DNA of 64,000 nucleotides. It comes from Comamonas sp. Lineage in GTDB: Bacteria > Pseudomonadota > Gammaproteobacteria > Burkholderiales > Burkholderiaceae_C. Made by a program: the position numbers and the translations under genes. The notes under the pieces were generated by a model, which was not told where the DNA came from, ran no database searches, and saw nothing but the letters and a program-made list of their open reading frames with translations. Below are positions 46,808 to 56,147 of this stretch, one piece after another (positions within the stretch are counted from its first letter, which is position 1; each line of letters starts with the position of its first letter). Location: positions 16,538 through 80,537 of the forward strand of contig JAVXMM010000006.1 in NCBI GenBank assembly GCA_036646255.1, read 5' to 3'.

Positions 46808-48472
46808 TTACACCGAGCGATTGCGCGCCATAGGCGGGTTTTTGGCAAAGTAGGCCAAGATGCCTTTCATGATGGCGTCGGCCAGCTGGTTTTGGTAGGC
46901 CGTGCTGCGCAGCTTGGCTTCTTCCTCGGGGTTGCTGATGAAGGCGGTTTCAATCAGCACGCTGGGGATGTCCGGGGCTTTCAGTACGGCAAAACCAGCT
47001 TGCTCTACACGCGGCTTGTGCAGGCGCGCAAAGCTGCCCAGGTGGCCCAGCACATGGGTGCCTAGTTTTAAGCTGTCGTTGATCTGCGCGGTGGTGCTCA
47101 TGTCGAGCATGGCGCGCTGCACATGCTGGTCCTTGGTGTTCAGGTCAGCCACGTTCAGGCCGCCTACCAAGTCGGCTTGGTTTTCTTTGTCTGCCAGCCA
47201 GCGCGCGGCCGAGCTGGTGGCGCCGCGCTGGCTCAGCGCAAAAACACTGGCACCGTTGGCCGATGGCTTGGTGAACGCGTCGGCGTGGATGCTGATGAAC
47301 AAATCAGCCTGCACGCGGCGGGCTTTGTCAACGCGGGTGTTCAGTGGCACAAAAAAATCGGCGTCTCGCGTCATAAAGGCACGCATGGGGTTGCCGCCCA
47401 CGCTGGCGTTGTTGATACGCTCGCGCAGCATGTGGCCGATCTTGAGCACGATATCTTTCTCGCGCGTGCCACTGGGGCCGGTAGCGCCAGGGTCTTCGCC
47501 GCCGTGGCCTGGATCTAGTGCAACGATGATCAGACGATCGGTACGCGAAGCTGGGCGGCTACGGGCGGGCACCGGGGCAGGGCTGGGAGCAGGCGCTGGC
47601 CGGGGAGCTGGTGGCGGTGCCACAGGTGCGGGAGGCGGTGCAGCAGCTACGACGGCAGGTGGTGGTGCAACTGGCACTGAGGCGGGCGCGCCCGGACGGC
47701 TGCCGCTTTTTGCGATCAGGTCGGCCAGAGGGTCGGCCGCTGCCACGGTTGCGGGTGGTGGCGTGGTGATGATGGTGCCGGTGACGGCAGGCGATGGCGG
47801 ATCACCTGCAATGGCTGCTGCCACGGAAGGCGGCAAAGTGGGCGATGGCGCGGGGGCCAGCGGTGGCAGGGGAGCAGACGGCGCGCTGGCCACGGCGCTG
47901 CTGTTTTCCAGCATGCGCTCGGTGATCAGACTCTCTAGCGGATCTGCGGGTTTGGCTGGGTATAAATCCAGCACCAGGCGGTGCTGGTAGGGCGCCACGG
48001 GCTTTAAGGTAAAGACTTGGGGTGATGCCTCGTGCTTGAGGTCAATCACCAGGCGCACTACCTTGGGCGAGTTTTGTCCCACGCGGATACCGGCAATGTT
48101 CGGGTCATCGGCCCGCACCTTGGCCACTAGCTCGCGCAGTGCGGGGTTCAGGTCAATGCCTTCAATATCAACCGCAAGGCGTGGCGGCTCGGGCACAAAG
48201 CGCTGCTCGGTTTTAAGCGGGATATCGGATTCGATCGTGACGCGGGTGTAGTCCTTGGAGGGCCATACGCGTACTGCCACGATGGCTGCGCCAAAGGCCA
48301 GCTGGCCAGTGCCAAGCAGTAGTACCAGGCTGCCGCCACGCAGTACATCGCGGCGCGACAGGCCGGACGCGTGCGCGCTGGCATGGGTAGTTAGCGGCAA
48401 AGTGGTTTCTGGGGCGTTGATAAACGCGTTGGTGGCAGCGGGGTGATGGTCAATTTTGGGGGTGTCGCTCAC
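46808..48472 (-). CDS. amiC: N-acetylmuramoyl-L-alanine amidase
   Basis: Tat motif SRRDVL, AMIN domain, LDPGHGGEDPGA, SIHAD, LIETAFISN. Confidence 0.93.
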   Translation of the reverse strand: MSDTPKIDHHPAATNAFINAPETTLPLTTHASAHASGLSRRDVLRGGSLVLLLGTGQLAFGAAIVAVRVWPSKDYTRVTIESDIPLKTEQRFVPEPPRLAVDIEGIDLNPALRELVAKVRADDPNIAGIRVGQNSPKVVRLVIDLKHEASPQVFTLKPVAPYQHRLVLDLYPAKPADPLESLITERMLENSSAVASAPSAPLPPLAPAPSPTLPPSVAAAIAGDPPSPAVTGTIITTPPPATVAAADPLADLIAKSGSRPGAPASVPVAPPPAVVAAAPPPAPVAPPPAPRPAPAPSPAPVPARSRPASRTDRLIIVALDPGHGGEDPGATGPSGTREKDIVLKIGHMLRERINNASVGGNPMRAFMTRDADFFVPLNTRVDKARRVQADLFISIHADAFTKPSANGASVFALSQRGATSSAARWLADKENQADLVGGLNVADLNTKDQHVQRAMLDMSTTAQINDSLKLGTHVLGHLGSFARLHKPRVEQAGFAVLKAPDIPSVLIETAFISNPEEEAKLRSTAYQNQLADAIMKGILAYFAKNPPMARNRSV

Positions 48473-48948
48473 GCTAAAAACCCTTGGACAATGGATGCAC
48501 CGGTTGCGGTGTTGGCCTGTAGGTGCACACGTCGCTCCGATTCATCAATCGCTTCAATACTGATAGCTACATCTGCAATAGGGGTTACCGTTGCAGCCTT
48601 TTCCGGCCATTCTGCCACTTTCAAGCCCGGGTTCGCAAAAATATCCCGAAAGCCCGCATCCTCCCACTCGCGTGGGTCGTCAAACCGATAGAAATCAAAG
48701 TGAGAGATGGCAAACTGCGCGCCCTCATGTGGCTCCACCACCGCATATGTGGGGCTTTTTATGCGGCCTTGCACACCCAAAGCGCGCAGCAAATGGCGCA
48801 CTAGCGTGGTTTTCCCCGCGCCCAGGTCGCCGTGCAAGGTGATGTAGGCATTGGCCAGTGCAGGCTGTGCGGCCAGTCGCTGTGCGAAGGCGGCGGTGTC
48901 TGATTCGTCAATCCAGCGGCTGTCAAAAGTGGGATATGTGGTGCTCAC
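48469..48948 (-). CDS. tsaE: tRNA t6A biosynthesis ATPase
   Basis: GDLGAGKT, SPTY, HFDFYR, EWP. Confidence 0.95.
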   Translation of the reverse strand: MSTTYPTFDSRWIDESDTAAFAQRLAAQPALANAYITLHGDLGAGKTTLVRHLLRALGVQGRIKSPTYAVVEPHEGAQFAISHFDFYRFDDPREWEDAGFRDIFANPGLKVAEWPEKAATVTPIADVAISIEAIDESERRVHLQANTATGASIVQGFLA

Positions 48949-48986
48949 GGCGGTGCTAGCGATAAGATTTTTTACAATGGTGGCAC

Positions 48987-50063
48987 ATGAAAGTGGCCGA
49001 TCAACAACTATTGCAGCAGATCAACGACTGGGCGCGCGAGCTGGGATTCTCCCAAATCGGCGTTGCCGGGGTTGATTTGTCGGCCGCTGAACCTGGATTG
49101 ATGCAGTGGTTGCAAAAAGGTTTCCATGGCGAGATGCATTACATGGAAGCCCACGGCCTTAAACGCGCCCGCCCAGCCGAGTTGGTGCCCGGCACGGTGA
49201 GTGTGATCACGGCACGCATGGATTATCTGCCTTCCAGCACACCCGATGGTTGGCAGCAGCTGGAATGGGAGCGCCACCAACGCCCTGGCGAGGGCATTGT
49301 CAGCATTTACGCCCGGGGGCGCGATTATCACAAGGTGTTGCGCAATCGCTTGCAAAAGCTGGCTGAGCGCATTGATGGCGCTTTAGGCGCAATGCAGCAC
49401 CGGGCTTTTACCGATTCTGCCCCGGTGCTGGAGGCCGAGCTTGCCAGCCGCAGCGGCCAGGGCTGGCGTGGCAAGCACACCTTGGTGTTGAGTCGCGATG
49501 CTGGCTCGATGTTCTTTTTGGGTGAGATTTTTGTGGATATGGCACTTCCACCTTCTGATCCCGTGACGCCGCATTGCGGCCAGTGCACCGCCTGCATTGA
49601 TGTCTGCCCAACCGCAGCCATTGTGGCGCCGCATCAGGTGGATGCGAGGCGCTGCATCTCATACCTGACGATTGAGCTGCATGGAGCCATTCCTGAAGAG
49701 TTCCGTGCGCCCATGGGCAACCGCATCTATGGTTGTGATGACTGCCAGCTGGCCTGCCCATGGAACAAGTTTGCCCAGCGCGCCAGCCTGCCAGACTTTG
49801 ATGCACGCGGAGCGTTGATGGACCAGCAGCTGCCGCATTTGTTTGCATGGGATGAGGCCACGTTTTTGCGCATCACCGAAGGCAGCCCCATCCGCCGCAT
49901 TGGCCATGAGCGTTGGCTGCGCAATATTGCGGTGGCTTTGGGCAATGCCTGGCGCGCTACGGGCGATACGCGCTATGCGCATGCGCTGGCAACACGCGCA
50001 ACGCATGACAGCGCCGTGGTGCGCGAGCATGTTAGCTGGGCTTTAAGCCAAAATAGCCTCTAG
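48987..50063 (+). CDS. queG: Epoxyqueuosine reductase
   Basis: YARGRDYH, DSAPVLE, CGQCTACIDVCP, RCISY, GCDDCQLACPWN. Confidence 0.95.
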   Translation: MKVADQQLLQQINDWARELGFSQIGVAGVDLSAAEPGLMQWLQKGFHGEMHYMEAHGLKRARPAELVPGTVSVITARMDYLPSSTPDGWQQLEWERHQRPGEGIVSIYARGRDYHKVLRNRLQKLAERIDGALGAMQHRAFTDSAPVLEAELASRSGQGWRGKHTLVLSRDAGSMFFLGEIFVDMALPPSDPVTPHCGQCTACIDVCPTAAIVAPHQVDARRCISYLTIELHGAIPEEFRAPMGNRIYGCDDCQLACPWNKFAQRASLPDFDARGALMDQQLPHLFAWDEATFLRITEGSPIRRIGHERWLRNIAVALGNAWRATGDTRYAHALATRATHDSAVVREHVSWALSQNSL

Positions 50064-50103
50064 CGCACATCTGGTGGGCGCTGACAGCTATTTATTTCAT
50101 AGT
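50050..50103 (-). repeat. Palindromic repeat copy containing the queG stop
   Basis: AAAATAGCCTCTAGCGCACATCTGGTGGGCGCTGACAGCTATTTATTTCATAGT. Confidence 0.82.
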
Positions 50104-50768
50104 TATTTGGGCAAATAGCCAGTGGATTTGAGCTGTGCCACCAGTAGATCGGTAAAGCGCGCATAGCCTGCAGCGTTGGCGTGTACCTGGTCGGCGCGCA
50201 GGCTGTCGTCACCCAGTACTTCGCTCCAAGCGTCAGCTAGCAGCGGTACCTTTTCCTCCTTAGCCAGGCTTTGGTAGATGGCATGGTCCCTCATGCGGCC
50301 TGTTAGCGCAGCGGTCAGGCTCAGCTCGGGCACGGCTACCAGTAGCACAGGCACGCCCTTGGCTTTGCACAGCTGCAACATGCGCGCGATCTCAGTGTGT
50401 GCGGTTTGTGCGTTGTTGCGGCGCAGCCAGTCATTGCCGCCCGCACACAAAATGACGAGTGCAGGCTGGTGCTGCTCTAGCAAGGCAGGCAGGCGGGCGC
50501 CAATTTGGCTGCTAGTCTCGCCCGATACTCCGGCGTTTACCACCTGCCAGCCGGTGCGGCCAGCCAGCAGTGCAGGGTAGGCGGTGGCGGTGTTAGCGCC
50601 CACGCCTAGAGTGAGTGAATCGCCCAGCGCCAGTACGGTAGCGCCTGCGGGGATGGCAGCAGCCTTCACATCTTTTTTGCCACAAGCGCCCACCAGCAAT
50701 GCGCTAGCAGCTATGGATGTAATAGCAATAAGGCCGTGACGGCGGTTGGGGTGGGGCACTTGCATCAT
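50103..50768 (-). CDS. SGNH/GDSL esterase (TesA-like) lipoprotein
   Basis: GDSLT, NAGVSG, GGND, DxxH; lipobox VGA-C. Confidence 0.9.
   Translation of the reverse strand: MMQVPHPNRRHGLIAITSIAASALLVGACGKKDVKAAAIPAGATVLALGDSLTLGVGANTATAYPALLAGRTGWQVVNAGVSGETSSQIGARLPALLEQHQPALVILCAGGNDWLRRNNAQTAHTEIARMLQLCKAKGVPVLLVAVPELSLTAALTGRMRDHAIYQSLAKEEKVPLLADAWSEVLGDDSLRADQVHANAAGYARFTDLLVAQLKSTGYLPK
50678..50726 (-). repeat. Palindromic repeat copy encoding the esterase signal peptide
   Basis: ACAAGCGCCCACCA + GCAATGCGCTAGCA + GCTAT + GGATGTAATAGC. Confidence 0.68.
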
Positions 50769-50793
50769 GCTTATAGCCTAGTCTAAATGGGCG

Positions 50794-51723
50794 CTACACC
50801 GGCCACCAGCGCAGCAAGCTCAGCGCAAATGGCAGGCTGGCAACACCGCAGATGGTGGACAGCGTTACCAGGCCCGCTACATAGGCGCCGTTGTAACCCA
50901 TGCGCGCTGCCAGTACATAGCAGGTAGATGCCGTGGGCAGGGCTGAAAAGGTGAGCAAGATGGACGCCTGCAGAGGCGACAGCTTCATCACATGCGCGGC
51001 CACCAAGGCGATCAGCGGGGTGATGAGGTGGCGAATGAGCAGAACCGAGCTGCTGAGCAGCTTGCCTTTGGTGAGCAGGCCCAGCTGCATGCCTGCGCCG
51101 GCCGACATCAAGCCTAAAACAATCGACGCCTGGCCAATGCGGGCGATGGTGGGCTCTATCACGGCGGGCAGGTGCAAGCCCAGCAGGTTGCAGCTCAAGC
51201 CGGCAATGGTGGCTACGATGAGTGGGTTGCGCGCCAGCTCGCGCATAAAGCCGGTTTGTGACCCTTTTGCCATGGGGTAGACGGCGGCGATGTTGAACAT
51301 GGGAACGCACACGCCAATCAGCACCGATATCAGCTGCAGGCCTTGCGCGCCAGCCAGGCGATCAGCCAGCGCCAAGCCTATAAAGGAGTTAAAGCGAAAG
51401 GCGATTTGCGCGCTGGCTGCGGCATCACGCGTATCCATACGTTGGCCGACGAAGGGCCAGCGCGGCAGAGTGTAGGTCAGCAAGATGGCGATGAGGCCCG
51501 TGCCTACACCTGCAATCATCAGGCTGGATGTGCCTTGCCAGTCGATCGGGCTGCGGATGATGGAATAAAACAGCAGCGTGGGGAAGAGAAAGTAGTAAAC
51601 CAGGCCTTCTACCGGCTGCCAGATGGATCGGTTGAGCGCTGTATAGCGGCAGACGAGGTAGCCAATCAGGATCAGCGAGAAATCAGGGAATAGCAGTTGG
51701 GCGTAGTTCACCGGCGCAAGCAT
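50794..51723 (-). CDS. AEC-family transporter
   Basis: About 10 TM segments; 'YYFLFP.LLF', 'RFNSFIGL', 'NPLI', 'LPTA..CYVLA'. Start may be GTG 51711. Confidence 0.85.
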   Translation of the reverse strand: MLAPVNYAQLLFPDFSLILIGYLVCRYTALNRSIWQPVEGLVYYFLFPTLLFYSIIRSPIDWQGTSSLMIAGVGTGLIAILLTYTLPRWPFVGQRMDTRDAAASAQIAFRFNSFIGLALADRLAGAQGLQLISVLIGVCVPMFNIAAVYPMAKGSQTGFMRELARNPLIVATIAGLSCNLLGLHLPAVIEPTIARIGQASIVLGLMSAGAGMQLGLLTKGKLLSSSVLLIRHLITPLIALVAAHVMKLSPLQASILLTFSALPTASTCYVLAARMGYNGAYVAGLVTLSTICGVASLPFALSLLRWWPV

Positions 51724-51951
51724 AGCGGATTGGCTGCGTGCGCAACGCAATGGGCTGTCGCATGAAAACTGCCAGATTGCTCTCATCAGGCTTGTTGGTA
51801 CGGGAAAACACCGCCGTTGCAAGCCCGCTGCAGCACCAAAAGCCATTCAGATACCGCTAGCATGGCCCACTGCAATCGGCTAGCAAGCCTTGCACCATGT
51901 TGAACCAGCGGTGCCACCCATGACGCGCCGCCCCTATCAGGAGACAAAACA

Positions 51952-52920
51952 ATGATCAATCGCCGACTGTGCCTAGCCATGGCCTTGGCCTTGGGTAGCG
52001 GTGCTGCCATGGCTGCCGATGCCTACCCTAGCAAGCCTATCCGCCTGATCGTGCCTTTTGCCGCTGGCGGCACGACCGATATCATTGCTCGCGTGATATC
52101 TGAGCCCCTGGCCAAGGCCCTTGGCCAGCCCGTGGTGGTGGACAACCGCGGCGGCGGCGGTGGCACCGTGGGCGCGGCCGAGGCGGCACGCGCTCAGCCC
52201 GATGGCTATATTTTGAGCATTGCCACTGTATCCACTACAGCTACCAACCCGGCTGTTAACCCCAAGATGCCGTATGACGTGCAGCGCGACTTTGTTCCCA
52301 TCATCAATATTGCAGCCACCCCCAATGTGATTGCCGTGCACCCGAGCTTTCCGGCCAAAGACTTCAAAGGTTTTATTGCTGAGCTGAAAAAGAACCCCGG
52401 CAAGTACTCCTTCTCGTCACCTGGCACAGGCTCTATCGGCCACTTGCTGATGGAGATGGTGAAGGTAGAGTCCGGTGTGAGCGTGGTGCACATCCCCTAC
52501 CGTGGTGCAGGCCCGGCGCTCAACGATACGGTGGCTGGCCAGGTCAACATGATCATGGACAACTTGCCGTCTGCGCTGCCCTTCATCAAGGAAAAGCGCT
52601 TGAACGCCATTGTGGTGGCCGCGCCAGGCCGAGTGCCGGGTATGGAGGATGTACCTACGTTCAAGGAAGTAGGCTTGCCCGTGGTCAACCGCTCTGCTTA
52701 TTACGGCATTGTGGGCCCCAAGAATCTGCCCAAGGAGATTGTTGACAAAGTGAACGCGGCCACCCGCAAGGCGCTGGAGGACCCGGCCGTGCGCAAGCGC
52801 ATTGAGGACACGGGCTCGGTCATCCTAGGTAATACGCCTGCAGAATTCGCCCAGCAAATGAAGGATGAATACGTCGCCTACAAGGCCGTAGTGGACAAAC
52901 AAGGCATCAAGCTGGAGTGA
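51952..52920 (+). CDS. Bug/TctC binding protein
   Basis: YPSKPIRLIVPFAAGGTTD, HIPYRG. Confidence 0.93.
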   Translation: MINRRLCLAMALALGSGAAMAADAYPSKPIRLIVPFAAGGTTDIIARVISEPLAKALGQPVVVDNRGGGGGTVGAAEAARAQPDGYILSIATVSTTATNPAVNPKMPYDVQRDFVPIINIAATPNVIAVHPSFPAKDFKGFIAELKKNPGKYSFSSPGTGSIGHLLMEMVKVESGVSVVHIPYRGAGPALNDTVAGQVNMIMDNLPSALPFIKEKRLNAIVVAAPGRVPGMEDVPTFKEVGLPVVNRSAYYGIVGPKNLPKEIVDKVNAATRKALEDPAVRKRIEDTGSVILGNTPAEFAQQMKDEYVAYKAVVDKQGIKLE

Positions 52921-52938
52921 TAGATAACTTGCTTTGAT

Positions 52939-52973
52939 GCAAAAAAGGCGGGTGGCAACACCTGCCTTTTTTG
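52939..52973 (+). terminator. Intrinsic terminator
   Basis: AAAAAAGGCGGGTG-GCAA-CACCTGCCTTTTTT. Confidence 0.8.
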
Positions 52974-53150
52974 TTGCACACTTCGACGATTGACCTAGGG
53001 AAATTACGACTGAATCACAGGGTATCCGCATCGTTGTGTCAATATTTATCCGGTATAAACGCGCTGTGCTTAAAAGCATTGCACAGCCGCCCCACGTGGG
53101 TTATCCATCCATTGGCGCGTGGCTGTACTACGTCAAAAAAGGAGATTTTT

Positions 53151-54131
53151 ATGCAACGTCGCTCTATCCTGGGTTTGAGCTTGATCGCCGCAGCCGCTGT
53201 GACCGCCAGCGCTGGCGCTTTCGCTGATACCAAGTACCCCACCAAGCCAATCCGCCTGATTGTGCCTTTTGCTGCAGGCGGCACCACCGACATCATCGCC
53301 CGTGTAATCGCAGACCCGCTAGGCAAAGAGCTGGGCCAGGTTGTGGTGGTAGATAACAAGGGTGGCGCAGGCGGTACCATTGGCGCCGTAGAGACCGTGC
53401 GTGCTGCTCCTGATGGCTATACGCTGGGCATTGCCACGGTATCGACCGTTGCCACCAACCCCGCCATCAACCCCAAGATATCGTACGACCCGATCAAGGA
53501 CTTCACGCCCATCATTAATGTGGCAGCCACGCCCAACATCATTGCGGTGAACCCCAAGTTCCCTGCCAAGGATTACAAGGCGTTTGAGGCCGAGCTAAAG
53601 GCCAATGCCAACAAGTACTCATACTCGTCGTCCGGCACCGGTGGCATTCAGCACATGTTGATGGAGCTGTACAAGAGTCTGACCGGCATCCAGATGACCC
53701 ATATCGCCTACCGCGGTGCAGGCCCGGCGCTGAACGACACCGTGGCCGGCCAGGTCAATATGATTTTGGACAACTTGCCATCGACCCTGCCATTCGTGAA
53801 GGACAACCGCCTGATCCCTATCGTGGTGGCTGCGCCTGAGCGCCTGGCCGTACTGCCCAATGTGCCTACCTTCAAGGAAATGGGCCTGGAGCCAGTGAAC
53901 CGCATGGCCTTCTACGGCATCCTGGGCCCTAAGGATATGCCTAAGGAGATCGTCGACAAAATCAATGCCGCCACCAAAAAGGTGCTGGCTGACCCTGCGG
54001 TGAAGAAGCGCATCGAAGACACCGGTTCGCTGGTAGTGGGCAACACGCCAGCGCAGTTCGCTGAGCAAATCAAGGCTGAATACGATGTCTATAAGGATGT
54101 AGTGAAGAAGCAGAACCTGAAGCTCGACTAA
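53151..54131 (+). CDS. Bug/TctC binding protein (close paralogue of the upstream gene)
   Basis: Same motifs; start trimmed to ATG after AAGGAG. Confidence 0.93.
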   Translation: MQRRSILGLSLIAAAAVTASAGAFADTKYPTKPIRLIVPFAAGGTTDIIARVIADPLGKELGQVVVVDNKGGAGGTIGAVETVRAAPDGYTLGIATVSTVATNPAINPKISYDPIKDFTPIINVAATPNIIAVNPKFPAKDYKAFEAELKANANKYSYSSSGTGGIQHMLMELYKSLTGIQMTHIAYRGAGPALNDTVAGQVNMILDNLPSTLPFVKDNRLIPIVVAAPERLAVLPNVPTFKEMGLEPVNRMAFYGILGPKDMPKEIVDKINAATKKVLADPAVKKRIEDTGSLVVGNTPAQFAEQIKAEYDVYKDVVKKQNLKLD

Positions 54132-54155
54132 AAGTCGAAGGCATCTGCCAATACC

Positions 54156-54188
54156 AAAGCCGTTCGCTACCCAGTGGGCGGCTTTTTT
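54156..54188 (+). terminator. Intrinsic terminator
   Basis: AAAGCCGTTCGCT...AGTGGGCGGCTTTTTT. Confidence 0.7.
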
Positions 54189-54205
54189 CATGCCATCATG
54201 CAGCT

Positions 54206-55141
54206 ATGGCAACCGTTACCCGATCGCGCAACCAGAGCAAAAAAACAGAGCCATCGCTACATCCGGCGATAGACCGCTTTATCGACGCTGTCTGGCTAGA
54301 GGATGGTCTGGCACGCAACACCTTGGCCGCCTACCGACGCGATTTAACGCTGTATAGCCAGTGGTTGACGCAAGAACACCCGGAAGTGTTGATAGAGAGC
54401 AGCAGCGAAGCGCAGTTGCAAGCTTTTTTTGCTGTAAAAATCGCTGACAAAGCCACCACATCCAACCGGCGTTTAACGGTGCTGCGCAGGTTCTTTCACT
54501 GGGCGCTGCGCGAGCAACTGATCAACGCCGACCCCACTATCCGCATGTTGGCCGCCAAGCAGCCGCTGCGTGTGCCCAAAACCATGACCCCGCAAATGGT
54601 CGAGGCGCTGCTGGAGGCACCTGATACCAGCCACCCGCTGGGCCTGCGTGACCGCGCCATGCTGGAGTTGATGTATGCCAGCGGTCTGCGTGTGTCGGAA
54701 TTGGTGGAGCTGAAAAGCGTGCAACTGGGCCTGGCCGAAGGCGTGCTGCGCGTGATGGGCAAGGGTAGCAAAGAGCGCCTTGTACCCTTTGGCCAAGTAG
54801 CACATCAGTGGATCGCAGACTATATAAAAGAGAGCAGATCAGCCATACTGGCCGGGCGCCAGAGCCCAGACTTTTTTGTAACCAGCCGGGGAAGCGGCAT
54901 GACGCGCGTTGCGTTCTGGATGATCGTCAAAAAGTACGCTCAACTAGCTGGCATTACCGCGCCGCTGTCGCCCCATACGCTGCGCCACGCCTTTGCAACC
55001 CACTTGCTTAACCACGGCGCGGACCTGCGCGTGGTGCAACTGTTGTTGGGCCATGCCGACATCTCTACCACCACGATCTACACCCACGTTGCGCGTGAGC
55101 GGCTCAAGTTGCTGCACGGGCAGCACCATCCGCGCGGGTAG
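54206..55141 (+). CDS. xerD: Tyrosine recombinase XerD
   Basis: YASGLRVSEL, GKGSKER, SPHTLRHAFATHLL, LGH.DISTT.IY, HHPRG. Confidence 0.95.
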   Translation: MATVTRSRNQSKKTEPSLHPAIDRFIDAVWLEDGLARNTLAAYRRDLTLYSQWLTQEHPEVLIESSSEAQLQAFFAVKIADKATTSNRRLTVLRRFFHWALREQLINADPTIRMLAAKQPLRVPKTMTPQMVEALLEAPDTSHPLGLRDRAMLELMYASGLRVSELVELKSVQLGLAEGVLRVMGKGSKERLVPFGQVAHQWIADYIKESRSAILAGRQSPDFFVTSRGSGMTRVAFWMIVKKYAQLAGITAPLSPHTLRHAFATHLLNHGADLRVVQLLLGHADISTTTIYTHVARERLKLLHGQHHPRG

Positions 55142-55189
55142 TTGGTCTACCAAATGCAAATAGAACTAATCGGTCGCCAGGTATAAGTT

Positions 55190-55909
55190 TTAGCTATCCA
55201 TATCGGAGCGTTGGATTTCCACAGAAGGGGCCTGCTCCAAGTAGGCGACGAGCATGCTCGTGAGCTCGTGCACCATGGCGTCGTCGCTCAAGTGTACGGG
55301 GCTAGGGGCATTTTGGACGGCGTGGCACAGCACGCTGATCATAGCTTGGTGGCCAAATTCGACGCGCAATTTACGCTGCTCTGCAGGAATGTGTTGCAAG
55401 TGCGTGGCCAAGGCCGCGGTGAGCAGCGCCCGTGTTTGATCACCAATGTCCTTGAATGCATCCCACATGCCTTCATGCGCGCGCTGTAGCGAAGTGCGAA
55501 AAACGCCTTGGTGTTGCCGGTAGCGCTGTACGGCGGATGCCACCAAGAGCATACATACCTCTTGCAGCGATTGTGTTTCATATGCCGGCTGGCGCCAGAG
55601 CGTGTTCATGCTTTCTTCAGAGCGCAACAGCACTAGCTTTTGCAGCGCCAAAAAGAAGGCGTCTTTGTTTTGAAATCGGCCATAAAAGCCGCCTACCGTG
55701 GTGCCCGCTTTAGCGCAAATGTCCTCGACGGAGAGGGTGTCGAAATTGTTCTCGTGCATCATCGCTGCCCCTGCGCTTAGCAAATGCCAGGCGGTTTTTA
55801 CGCTGCGAGCCTGCTGCGAAGGCTGAATCATGGGCAGCAAGCCAGCGTTCAGCCACTGCTGGAACTGTGCTAGGTCGGTGTCGGAGGCGTTGACTGGAGA
55901 AGGTTGCAT
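55190..55909 (-). CDS. TetR/AcrR-family regulator
   Basis: HTH 'SVEDICAKAGTTVGGFYGRFQNKD'. Start uncertain. Confidence 0.85.
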   Translation of the reverse strand: MQPSPVNASDTDLAQFQQWLNAGLLPMIQPSQQARSVKTAWHLLSAGAAMMHENNFDTLSVEDICAKAGTTVGGFYGRFQNKDAFFLALQKLVLLRSEESMNTLWRQPAYETQSLQEVCMLLVASAVQRYRQHQGVFRTSLQRAHEGMWDAFKDIGDQTRALLTAALATHLQHIPAEQRKLRVEFGHQAMISVLCHAVQNAPSPVHLSDDAMVHELTSMLVAYLEQAPSVEIQRSDMDS

Positions 55910-56050
55910 GTTTAGGGGGGATGGCATGTGCAGCAGGCGCCATTGTCCCATTGCGATGAGCAGCAGCCAATTGGTAGCCGATGTGTTTGGCGGAATGCCT
56001 TTCGCCAAGGGGATAGTGATTCGGGTTTTTTCTAATGCTAAAAATAGAAT

Positions 56051-56066
56051 AAGAATTATAGTTCTT
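56051..56066. promoter_or_regulatory. Probable TetR operator
   Basis: AAGAATTATAGTTCTT, near-perfect palindrome in the AT-rich divergent promoter. Confidence 0.55.
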
Positions 56067-56147
56067 CAAATTCCAAAGTACACCGCACACATTTCGAGAG
56101 AAAAGTGCAGGCGCTTTGCCGATTGACTGACACTTCTATTGAACCCG

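Noticed and set aside
46902-47990. 362-aa Gly/Ala-rich plus-strand ORF
   Set aside because: Antisense shadow of amiC and its Pro-rich linker.
54206-55141. Tyrosine recombinase as a possible island integrase
   Set aside because: The sequence is canonical XerD (HHPRG end). No att repeats or mobile genes were seen.
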